Shown here: positions 1 through 8,978 of the stretch, in pieces
Numbering within the stretch: the stretch's first letter is position 1
Layout of the letters: each line of letters begins with the position of its first letter
Assembly: GCA_045562345.1 (NCBI GenBank)
Contig: JBJKVZ010000026.1
Location: 23,820 to 87,819, forward strand
Length of the DNA: 64,000 nucleotides
Direction: 5' to 3'
Source of the DNA: Flavobacteriaceae bacterium
GTDB taxonomy: Bacteria; Bacteroidota; Bacteroidia; Flavobacteriales; Flavobacteriaceae
The notes under the pieces: model-generated
The model's database searches: none
The model's input: the letters and a program-made list of their open reading frames with translations, nothing else
Told to the model about the DNA's origin: nothing
Translations under genes and position numbers: made by a program

Positions 1-211
1 GATGATGTAGTAAAGCCTCATCTATATGTGTAGGGACAAGCTGAAGTAATTCAGTATTGATATCAAATACAGGAAGATGACCTAAAGAAACTACAGCCCA
101 CATTATTGCCATCATTGCCAAAGCAGGTATTAATTTATCGATTTTGATATAGTGCTCTACAGTTATTAATATATAGCCTAAAATAAAGATTGAAATAATA
201 ATCAGTTCCAT
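1..211 (-). CDS. NhaD/ArsB-type Na+/H+ antiporter family permease, N-terminal fragment running off the window start
   Basis: My translation of the minus strand from the ATG at 211 gives MELIIISIFILGYILITVEHYIKIDKLIPALAMMAIMWAVVSLGHLPVF... The frame stays open to position 1. It has hydrophobic TM segments like NhaD-type antiporter N-termini. It is absent from the ORF track because it is truncated. Confidence 0.5.
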   Translation of the reverse strand, partial: MELIIISIFILGYILITVEHYIKIDKLIPALAMMAIMWAVVSLGHLPVFDINTELLQLVPTHIDEALLHH

Positions 212-255
212 AATTGAAATTTAAAATGTAAACATATTAAAAAAATGTATGAGTT

Positions 256-272
256 AAAAAAAAAAAAAAAAA
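256..272. repeat. A17 homopolymer in the divergent nhaD-like / gltB intergenic region (a T11 tract follows at 366..376)
   Basis: Direct count of 17 consecutive A at 256..272 and 11 consecutive T at 366..376. Confidence 0.9.
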
Positions 273-420
273 TGAAATGTATAAAAATCGCACTATAATA
301 ATATCATATAAACAAAAAAACAATGAAATATTATTAAGTTGATATTTGTTTAATTAATGCTACTATTTTTTTTTTTCACTTTTCAAATTTTTATACTTTT
401 AGAAATTCCATTTAATAATT

Positions 421-3400
421 ATGTTACCAAAAAAACAAGGATTGTACTCCCCTGAATTTGAACATGACAATTGTGGTGCTGGATTTATATGCAGTCTTAA
501 GGGGGAAAAAACAAACGACATAATTCACAAAGCACTAAATATTTTAACCTGTTTAGAACATAGAGGGGCTGTAAGTTCAGATGGAAAAACTGGAGATGGA
601 GCTGGAATATTAATTGAAATTCCTGATCGTTTTTTTAGAAAAGAATGTGATTTTGAATTACCGAAGCCACAACATTATGCAGTGGGCATGTTGTTTTTGC
701 CTCAAAAAGTCAATCAATCTGATTATTGTATAAAAATATTTGAAAAACACATCAACAAACAGGGGCTTAGAATTATAGGATGGAGAAATGTTCCAGTTAA
801 TTCAAAGATTGTTGGATCGATTGCTTCAAAAACACAGCCTACAATCAAACAAGTTTTTGTTGGTATGGGAAATAAAAAATTAGATAACCAACAATTTAAT
901 ACAAAACTTTTTGTTGCAAGAAAAATTGCTGAAAACGAAATCTATAAAACCTCTTTATCACAAAAAAATTACTTTTATTTTTCCAGTTTACATAACAGAA
1001 CCCTTATTTACAAAGGACTCTTGATTCCAGAAGATATTGATCGGTTCTATCTAGACTTATCTAACCCTAATTTAGTCACCAAGTTAGCTTTAGTTCATCA
1101 AAGATTTTCAACAAATACTTTTCCAACCTGGGACTTAGCTCAACCATTTAGATACATGTGCCACAATGGTGAAATAAATACCAGAAAAGGAAATGTTACA
1201 AGAATGAAGGCAAGGGAGGAATTAATGAATTCTGATTTTATTGGTGAAGACCTACAAAAAACCTTTCCAACAATTTTAGATGGTAAATCTGACTCTGCTC
1301 AAATGGATATGGTTGTAGAATTATTATTAACAACTGGCAGATCACTTCCAGAAGTAATGATGATGCTTGTACCAGAGGCTTGGGAAAAACATAAATCAAT
1401 TTCAGAAGAAAAAAAAGCATTTTACGAATTTAATTCATGTATTATGGAACCATGGGATGGTCCCGCATCAATTCCATTCACAGACGGAAACTACATTGGA
1501 GCATTGTTAGACAGAAATGGCCTTAGACCCTCCAGATATACAGTAACTAAAGATAATTATGTTATAATGTCTTCTGAAACAGGTGTTGTTGATATAAAAC
1601 CCGAAAATGTGAAGATGCACGGGAGGCTTGAACCAGGTAGAATGTTTCTTGTAGACATGAATGAAGGTAGAATTATAAAAGACCAAGAAATTAAATCTGA
1701 AATTGTTTCAAAATATCCATACAGAAAATGGCTAAAAGAAAATATACTTCCACTTAATAAAATCGCATACACGGGAAATAAAACACCATTGGAAAAATTG
1801 GATTTCGAAACTCGCTTGAGAATTTTTGGCTACACTGAAGAAGATTTGAAAACTATAATTCTTCCTATGTGCAGAAGTGGAAAAGAATCTATTGGGTCTA
1901 TGGGAACTGACACACCATTAGCTGTACTTTCTAATAAAACACAACTACTTTTTAACTATTTCAAACAACTTTTTGCTCAAGTCACAAACCCACCTCTGGA
2001 TGGAATCAGGGAAGAAATTATTACAGATACAAGTTTAGCAATTGGAAGTGATTTTAATGTATATGATATTGTCCCCAGTCATGCAAAAAAATTAAAAATT
2101 CAAAATCCCATCATTTCTAACGAAGATCTTGATAAGATTAAATTTATAAAACATAAAGATTTTAAAACATTTTCTGTTAGTGCGTTATATAAAATTAAAG
2201 AGGGGCATAACGGTATAGAGAAGGCTCTTGAAAGAATGGTTAATAAAGTAAGCGAAAAAGTTGATCAAGGCTACAATATTATAATTATAAGTGATAGAGG
2301 AGTCAACAAAAAACTTGCAGCTATTCCAATTCTATTAGCATGCTCCAATATTCATCATAAACTGATGAAGCTCAAAAAAAGATCAAAATTTGGCATTGTC
2401 ATCGAATCTTCAGAACCAAGAGAACCTCATCACTTCTCAATGCTATTTGGATATGGAGCTAGTGCAATAAACCCATATCTTGTAAATGAAATAATTCAAC
2501 ATCACCATATTTCTGGAGCATTTCCAAAACAAAGTTTAAAATCTTGTATTGAAAATTATAATAAAGCTATCGCTAAAGGAATTTTAAAGGTTATGAATAA
2601 AATTGGAATTTCAACTCTACACTCCTACAGAAGTTCCCAAATATTTGAAGCATTGGGTTTAAGAAAAAGCTTTACGGAAAAATATTTTTCAAATACTCCC
2701 ACCAGAATCCAAGGTATTGGCTTATACAGTCTTGAAAAAGAGCATTCGGAAAGACATAAAAATGCTTTTTCTAAGAAAAATTCATTTACTAGCCTTGATA
2801 TTGGTGGTACATATAGGTGGAGAAGAAATGGAGAAGCCCACCTTTTAAATCCTTCAACTATTTCAAAACTCCAACAATCCGTAAGAAATGATAATTACGA
2901 AACATATAAGATATATTCAGATCTTATAAACAAACAAAATAAACAACTGATGACTTTAAGAGGTATGTTCAAGTTTGTTGAACATGACCCAATTCCAATT
3001 GATGAAGTTGAACCTTGGACAGAAATTGTTAAAAGATTTAAAACTGGAGCAATGTCATACGGATCAATAAGTAAAGAAGCTCATGAAAACTTAGCTATAG
3101 CAATGAACAAAATTGGAGGAAAAAGTAATTCCGGTGAAGGTGGAGAAGATCCAATAAGATTCAATAAAAATAAAAATGGAGTTTGGAAAAACAGTTCTAT
3201 CAAGCAAGTTGCATCTGGTAGATTTGGAGTTAGTTCACACTACCTAACAAATGCAACTGAAATTCAAATTAAAATGGCTCAAGGGGCTAAGCCTGGTGAA
3301 GGTGGTCAACTTCCTGGACCCAAGGTTAACCCACTAATTGCAAAAGTTAGAAATTCAACTCCCTACGTTGGATTAATATCACCTCCACCCCATCATGACA

Positions 3401-4923
3401 TATATTCAATTGAAGATTTGTCTCAATTAATATATGATCTTAAAAACGCAAATAGAGAAGCAAGAATTAATGTAAAACTTGTTTCTGAAGCTGGTGTTGG
3501 GACCATTGCCGCTGGGGTTGCTAAAGCAAAAGCAGATGTAATTTTGATTTCAGGTTTTGATGGAGGGACTGGAGCATCTCCTTTAACTTCCTTAAGACAT
3601 GCTGGTTTACCCTGGGAACTTGGAATTGCAGAAGCCCAGCAAACCCTTGTTCTAAACGAATTGCGAGGAAGAGTTGTAATTGAGTGTGACGGTCAATTAA
3701 AAACTGGAAAAGATGTAGCTGTGGCGTGTTTACTTGGAGCTGAAGAATTTGGTTTTTCAACAGCCCCTCTAGTTGCTTCAGGTTGTATTATGATGCGTGC
3801 TTGTCACTTAAACACTTGTCCAGTTGGAATTGCAACTCAAGATCCAGAACTAAGAAAAAACTTCCAAGGAAAGCCAGAGCACGTAATTAATTATATGTAC
3901 TTCGTGGCACAAGAACTTAGGGAGATCATGTCCAAGCTTGGATTTAGAACAATTGATGAAATGGTTGGACAAAGTCAAAAAATTGATATGGTTGATGCTA
4001 TAAAAAACTATAAAACTCAAGGAATTGATTTATCCCCAATATTATATAAACCAGACGTACCTAAAAGTTTTCCAATTAGAAATATTATCAAACAAGAGCA
4101 CAACTTGGAAAAAGTATTGGATTTTAAAATATTTAGAGAGGCTAAATTGGCGATTAAAAATAAGATTAAAATGAGTTTGGATTATAAAATTAAAAACACA
4201 GACAGATCTGTAGGAGCAATAATCAGTAATGAAATCTCTAAACTTTATGGAGCGGATGGTTTACCCAATGATACACTTAAACTCAATTTTAAAGGCTCTG
4301 CTGGACAAAGTTTTGGAGCTTTTAGCACAAAAGGATTAACAATGAAAGTTGATGGAAATACTAACGATTATTTTGGCAAAGGTCTTTCAGGAGCTAAAAT
4401 TATTGTTAAAATTCCAAAAAAATCTACTTTAATATCAAATAAAAATATTATCACTGGAAACGTTGCTTTGTATGGCGCTACATCAGGTGAGGCCTATATA
4501 AATGGAATTGCTGGTGAAAGATTTTGCGTAAGAAACTCAGGAGCAACAGCTGTAGTTGAGGGAGTTGGAGATCACGGATGTGAGTATATGACTGGTGGCA
4601 TAGTTTTAATTCTTGGTTCAATTGGTAGAAATTTTGCTGCAGGCATGAGCGGAGGAATCGCCTACATATATAAGACCGAAAGATTTGAAAAAATGGATTT
4701 TAATATGGAAATGATCGAAATTGAGAAACCTATTAATCAAGATAATGATTTAATAAAAAAACTTATTGAAAATCACTTTAGCTTTACATCAAGTCACATT
4801 GCAAAAAAAATATTATTAAATTGGGATCGAGAGATAAATAATTTTATTAAAATAATGCCAACTGAATATAAAATTGCATTGGAAAAAATGGCTAAAGAAA
4901 AAATATCCAAGATTATTATATAA
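421..4923 (+). CDS. gltB: glutamate synthase (GOGAT) large subunit
   Basis: 1500-aa ORF. It has an Ntn-amidotransferase N-terminus (...HDNCGAGFICSLKG), an FMN/Fe-S core (SGEGGEDP, LISPPPHHDIYSIEDL) and a C-terminal GXGXG domain (GDHGCEYMTGG). gltD follows directly. Confidence 0.97.
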   Translation: MLPKKQGLYSPEFEHDNCGAGFICSLKGEKTNDIIHKALNILTCLEHRGAVSSDGKTGDGAGILIEIPDRFFRKECDFELPKPQHYAVGMLFLPQKVNQSDYCIKIFEKHINKQGLRIIGWRNVPVNSKIVGSIASKTQPTIKQVFVGMGNKKLDNQQFNTKLFVARKIAENEIYKTSLSQKNYFYFSSLHNRTLIYKGLLIPEDIDRFYLDLSNPNLVTKLALVHQRFSTNTFPTWDLAQPFRYMCHNGEINTRKGNVTRMKAREELMNSDFIGEDLQKTFPTILDGKSDSAQMDMVVELLLTTGRSLPEVMMMLVPEAWEKHKSISEEKKAFYEFNSCIMEPWDGPASIPFTDGNYIGALLDRNGLRPSRYTVTKDNYVIMSSETGVVDIKPENVKMHGRLEPGRMFLVDMNEGRIIKDQEIKSEIVSKYPYRKWLKENILPLNKIAYTGNKTPLEKLDFETRLRIFGYTEEDLKTIILPMCRSGKESIGSMGTDTPLAVLSNKTQLLFNYFKQLFAQVTNPPLDGIREEIITDTSLAIGSDFNVYDIVPSHAKKLKIQNPIISNEDLDKIKFIKHKDFKTFSVSALYKIKEGHNGIEKALERMVNKVSEKVDQGYNIIIISDRGVNKKLAAIPILLACSNIHHKLMKLKKRSKFGIVIESSEPREPHHFSMLFGYGASAINPYLVNEIIQHHHISGAFPKQSLKSCIENYNKAIAKGILKVMNKIGISTLHSYRSSQIFEALGLRKSFTEKYFSNTPTRIQGIGLYSLEKEHSERHKNAFSKKNSFTSLDIGGTYRWRRNGEAHLLNPSTISKLQQSVRNDNYETYKIYSDLINKQNKQLMTLRGMFKFVEHDPIPIDEVEPWTEIVKRFKTGAMSYGSISKEAHENLAIAMNKIGGKSNSGEGGEDPIRFNKNKNGVWKNSSIKQVASGRFGVSSHYLTNATEIQIKMAQGAKPGEGGQLPGPKVNPLIAKVRNSTPYVGLISPPPHHDIYSIEDLSQLIYDLKNANREARINVKLVSEAGVGTIAAGVAKAKADVILISGFDGGTGASPLTSLRHAGLPWELGIAEAQQTLVLNELRGRVVIECDGQLKTGKDVAVACLLGAEEFGFSTAPLVASGCIMMRACHLNTCPVGIATQDPELRKNFQGKPEHVINYMYFVAQELREIMSKLGFRTIDEMVGQSQKIDMVDAIKNYKTQGIDLSPILYKPDVPKSFPIRNIIKQEHNLEKVLDFKIFREAKLAIKNKIKMSLDYKIKNTDRSVGAIISNEISKLYGADGLPNDTLKLNFKGSAGQSFGAFSTKGLTMKVDGNTNDYFGKGLSGAKIIVKIPKKSTLISNKNIITGNVALYGATSGEAYINGIAGERFCVRNSGATAVVEGVGDHGCEYMTGGIVLILGSIGRNFAAGMSGGIAYIYKTERFEKMDFNMEMIEIEKPINQDNDLIKKLIENHFSFTSSHIAKKILLNWDREINNFIKIMPTEYKIALEKMAKEKISKIII

Positions 4924-6384
4924 ATGGGAAAAGTAAAAAGATTTATTGAATATGAAAGAGCAGATGAAAAGTATATTTCTGTTTTAGAAAGAACTAGAAA
5001 TTATAAAGAATTCACATTAAAACCCTCCGATAATAAGCTAAAAAATCAGAGTGCTAGGTGTATGGATTGTGGTGTTCCTTTTTGTCACAGTGGATGTCCA
5101 TTAGGTAATTTAATTCCAGATTTCAATGATGCTGTTTATAATAATCAATGGGAAAAAGCATTAAATATTTTACACTCTACAAATAATTTCCCAGAATTTA
5201 CCGGAAGGCTATGTCCAGCACCGTGTGAAGCAGCCTGTGTTTTAGGTATAATAAATCCCCCTGTATCAATTGAAATGATTGAAAAATACATTGTAGAAAG
5301 AGGGTTTAAAGAAGGTTGGATAAAACCAAACCCTCCAAAAAAAAGGACAGGAAAAAAAATTGCTATTGTAGGATCTGGTCCTGCAGGATTAGCTGCGGCT
5401 CAGCAACTAAATAAAGCTGGTCATACTATAGAAGTTTTTGAAAGAGACAATAAAATAGGTGGTCTTTTAAGATATGGTATCCCAGACTTTAAATTAGAAA
5501 AGTCAATTATAGATAGGAGAATTGAACAATTAAAAAAAGAAGGGATTTTATTTAGAACTAAAACAGAAATCGGTAAAAACTTTTCCTTAAATAAATTGAA
5601 AAAATATGATTCCGTTATCCTTTGCACTGGGGCAACTGTTAAAAGAGAGTTGCCAATTAAAGGACATCAATTAAAGGGAATTGAACAGGCAATGGATTTC
5701 TTAAAATTACAAAATGAAGTAGTAGATGGAATAAAAAAGACTGAAAAAAGATTAAATGCTAAAGGGAAAAATGTAATAGTTATTGGAGGTGGTGATACCG
5801 GATCTGATTGTATTGGTACATCAAATAGACATGGCGCAAAATCTGTCACAAATTTTGAGATAATGCCAAAGCCATCCTCTATTAGAAGTGTTGAAAATCC
5901 TTGGCCGTTTTGGCCTTTTAAACTTAAAACAACCACATCTCATGAGGAAGGAATTCATAGAGAATGGAGTATTTTAACTAAAGAATTTATAAGTGACAAA
6001 AACGGAAATGTTAAGAGTTTAAAAACTATTGAAGTCGAGTGGATAAAAAAAGATGGTGAAAAGGATGTATTAAAAGAAATTGAAGGAAGTGAACAACTCT
6101 GGCCCTGCGATTTAGTTTTATTAGCTCTTGGATTTACAGGTCATGAAAAAAGCTTAGTTGAACAAATTGGATTAGAAACTAATGAAAAAGGTCAATTAAA
6201 AACTAAAAATTATCAAACAAGTGTTAAAAATATTTTTTCAGCAGGTGATATGAGAAGGGGGCAATCATTGATTGTTTGGGCTATTTCGGAAGGAAGAGAA
6301 GCTGCTGTTGAGGTAGATAAATTTTTGATGGGTTCATCAGAACTTGAAACAAAAGAAAAAGGTGATCTTCCATTAGTTAGATAA
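4924..6384 (+). CDS. gltD: glutamate synthase small (NADPH) subunit
   Basis: 486 aa. It has Cys clusters CMDCGVPFCHSGCPLGN and CPAPCEAAC and a Rossmann motif IAIVGSGPAGLAAAQQL. Its ATG abuts the gltB stop (TAAATG). Confidence 0.95.
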   Translation: MGKVKRFIEYERADEKYISVLERTRNYKEFTLKPSDNKLKNQSARCMDCGVPFCHSGCPLGNLIPDFNDAVYNNQWEKALNILHSTNNFPEFTGRLCPAPCEAACVLGIINPPVSIEMIEKYIVERGFKEGWIKPNPPKKRTGKKIAIVGSGPAGLAAAQQLNKAGHTIEVFERDNKIGGLLRYGIPDFKLEKSIIDRRIEQLKKEGILFRTKTEIGKNFSLNKLKKYDSVILCTGATVKRELPIKGHQLKGIEQAMDFLKLQNEVVDGIKKTEKRLNAKGKNVIVIGGGDTGSDCIGTSNRHGAKSVTNFEIMPKPSSIRSVENPWPFWPFKLKTTTSHEEGIHREWSILTKEFISDKNGNVKSLKTIEVEWIKKDGEKDVLKEIEGSEQLWPCDLVLLALGFTGHEKSLVEQIGLETNEKGQLKTKNYQTSVKNIFSAGDMRRGQSLIVWAISEGREAAVEVDKFLMGSSELETKEKGDLPLVR

Positions 6385-6390
6385 AATTGT

Positions 6391-8295
6391 TTAATTAAAA
6401 AAGTTCCAAACTAATCCAAATCTTATAATAAAATCTCTATATGGATAGGATGGAGATGAATAAAAATTATTTCCTGTTATCGTTGAATTAAAGTGTTCTG
6501 CTTTAATAAATATTCTAGTTTGTTTGATTTTTGCATTAGCAAAAATCTCCATTAACGGAAAACCTCCAATTTTTTTTTGAGTTTGAATATAAAATGAACT
6601 AATTGCTGGATTATACTCATTAGCATAAAACTTTGAAAAATATTTAAAAGTTAATCCCGTTTGAAAAAACATTGCTCCTTTCAAAATAATATTTGAATAA
6701 TACAGAGTATTTCTTGTAATAATTTCAGGCAGATTCAAATAGTTACCGTTTTGACTAGTTTTTTGATAAATTAATGAATTATCAATTGCAAATTTTCCAA
6801 ATTTAAATTCCTTATTATAATTTAATTTTAGGTACTCTATGTTAGAAGACAACTGATTTACAACTGGAACAAGATGATTTTTACCAAAATTCACATCTTT
6901 ATTAATTAGTGAGAAGTAAGTATAATTTTGTATTGTTCTTAAATCTGCTCTTATTTTTCCAAATTCATTAACATTCAATTTTAAATATAAATTTCTAGTT
7001 TTTTGTTGCTTAACTTTAGAATCCCAGTTTAAAAAATTATAGTCACTTTGGTATAATTCATAATAAAATCCTGGATGCCTGCTGGATATATTTAAACCAA
7101 TTTCATATTTGAATTTAGATTCTTCTTTTGATAAAACAACCACATCAATTAAATCACCAATTCTTTCTCCAAAAAGACCTTTTGTGATATTAAAATTAAA
7201 TTGATTTCCTAAAAAAAATCTATTGAATTTGAGTGTAATTGCATTTTCATTTTCATTAATTCCTTTGGAATCCAATGAATTAATATTCGTATTATACTTA
7301 TAGTTATAATTTGAATAAATAACTTTTATTTTTCCAAAAAAATTTGATCTTAGGTAAGTATAAAATTTATTTAATGTAGTTTTTATTTTTGTTTTATCAT
7401 GGATATTGTTTAGCCCATCTTTTATAGAACCATAAAAATCTGTTGGTGACAATTGTTCATATGAGTTAGTAAGAGTTTCATATTCAAAATCATGACCGAT
7501 TGATAAAGTATTTTTTTGATTTGATTGATTATTTAAAATAAATTCTTGAGAAATAAAATATCTTTTAGTAGAAAAATTATTTATTGCATTCTCAAATTTA
7601 ACAGAGAGTTTAGACCTTTCATTAAATAGAGCATCCTCAGATTCAAAATTAGAAATAGCATCATCAGTTAACCCACCGTTTTCTTGATTCTCAAAAATTT
7701 GACTTAAAAAGTTAATTTTAAGAAAATACCTATTATTTTCATCATTATATTTAGTTGTATAATTAAACTGCTTTAAACCTGATAATATATTTTGATAATT
7801 CCCAAGGGACCTCATTCCTTTGAAAGAAATTGAAAAATTCAATTTGTCAGAAATATTGGATGTGAAGAGAGCATCAGTATATTGACCTTGTTTCATAACA
7901 GTTTTGAATAATAGCTCAGTTAATGGGGTTGGAACATTAAAATATTTTATTTTACTTGACTTTACGTATAAATGTTTTTTTGAAGAGAAACTTTTTTTAG
8001 GTAAGTAGGATAGATTATCAAAATTATGTGTTAATTCATTGTAGGTCTGACCAATATTTGAAAACTTTAAAAGCTCCAGATCATCTTTTCTCAAAAAATT
8101 AAATTTATAATGTTTTTTAATTGTTAATGTTGTGTCAATAAACGTGGAATCATTTTCTATACTTATTTTCAAATATTTTTCTATTCCAGGTTTTAACTCC
8201 ACACTGTCTAAAGCAGTGTTTTTTAAAACACTTTGAGCAAAAATGAAATGGGTTTTGATACAAAAAAAAATTAAAAATATTGAACGACAATTCAT
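6391..8295 (-). CDS. putative outer-membrane beta-barrel protein (Bacteroidota 'putative porin'-like)
   Basis: 634 aa. It has a signal peptide MNCRSIFLIFFCIKTHFIFAQ and Y/F/N-rich alternating beta-strand-like sequence up to an aromatic C-terminus (...GLVWNFFN). Function is inferred only. Confidence 0.55.
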   Translation of the reverse strand: MNCRSIFLIFFCIKTHFIFAQSVLKNTALDSVELKPGIEKYLKISIENDSTFIDTTLTIKKHYKFNFLRKDDLELLKFSNIGQTYNELTHNFDNLSYLPKKSFSSKKHLYVKSSKIKYFNVPTPLTELLFKTVMKQGQYTDALFTSNISDKLNFSISFKGMRSLGNYQNILSGLKQFNYTTKYNDENNRYFLKINFLSQIFENQENGGLTDDAISNFESEDALFNERSKLSVKFENAINNFSTKRYFISQEFILNNQSNQKNTLSIGHDFEYETLTNSYEQLSPTDFYGSIKDGLNNIHDKTKIKTTLNKFYTYLRSNFFGKIKVIYSNYNYKYNTNINSLDSKGINENENAITLKFNRFFLGNQFNFNITKGLFGERIGDLIDVVVLSKEESKFKYEIGLNISSRHPGFYYELYQSDYNFLNWDSKVKQQKTRNLYLKLNVNEFGKIRADLRTIQNYTYFSLINKDVNFGKNHLVPVVNQLSSNIEYLKLNYNKEFKFGKFAIDNSLIYQKTSQNGNYLNLPEIITRNTLYYSNIILKGAMFFQTGLTFKYFSKFYANEYNPAISSFYIQTQKKIGGFPLMEIFANAKIKQTRIFIKAEHFNSTITGNNFYSSPSYPYRDFIIRFGLVWNFFN

Positions 8296-8370
8296 TGATA
8301 TACTTTAAAGTAAAGTTATATATTTCCTTTTGATTTAATTTTTAAATAAGTTTAATTTTAATTTAAAAAA

Positions 8371-8943
8371 ATGTTAAAGCAGCAATTCTCTAATTTTATT
8401 GAGTGCGGAACTGATGAATCAGGGAGAGGTTGTTTAGCAGGTCCTGTAACCGCAGCAGCAGTTATTCTTCCAAAAAATTTTAATCATAAATATTTAAAAG
8501 ACTCCAAATTACTGTCAAAAGAAAGGAGAAATGAGATGCGTAAAATTATAATTGAAAATGCAATCGATTATTCTATCAGTTTTGTAAAAGTAAAAACTAT
8601 AGAAAAAATAAATATTTTAAATGCCTCAATACTTGCAATGAACAATGCAATTAAGAAATTGAAAATTAAACCCGAGTTTATTTTAATTGATGGAAATCAA
8701 TTTAAAACTAATCTTAAAATCCCTTTCAAGTGTATAATAAAAGGTGATAAGAAATATTCAAATATTGCTGCAGCATCTATTTTAGCTAAAACTAGCAGAG
8801 ATAAATATATGTTCAATTTATCAATAAAACACCCTGAATATAATTGGATTAAAAATAATGGATATCCAACAAAAGAACACAAAAATGCAATTACTAATTA
8901 TGGGATTACTGAACATCACAGAAAAAGCTTTAAATTATCATAA
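8371..8943 (+). CDS. rnhB: ribonuclease HII
   Basis: 190 aa with the GTDESGRGCLAGPV active-site motif. Length and layout are typical of RNase HII. Confidence 0.92.
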   Translation: MLKQQFSNFIECGTDESGRGCLAGPVTAAAVILPKNFNHKYLKDSKLLSKERRNEMRKIIIENAIDYSISFVKVKTIEKINILNASILAMNNAIKKLKIKPEFILIDGNQFKTNLKIPFKCIIKGDKKYSNIAAASILAKTSRDKYMFNLSIKHPEYNWIKNNGYPTKEHKNAITNYGITEHHRKSFKLS

Positions 8944-8960
8944 AATGAATATTTGTTCAT

Positions 8961-8968
8961 TACTTTTG
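8961..8968 (+). promoter_or_regulatory. Bacteroidota-type -7 promoter box (TAnnTTTG): TACTTTTG
   Basis: Exact match to TAnnTTTG, ending 10 nt upstream of the ATG at 8979. No clear -33 TTTG at the canonical spacing. Confidence 0.3.
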
Positions 8969-8978
8969 TAAGATAATA

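Noticed and set aside
246-299. Tiny ORF MYELKKKKKMKCIKIAL spanning the A17 tract
   Set aside because: The poly-Lys is simply the translated homopolymer. There are no coding signals and the length is arbitrary.
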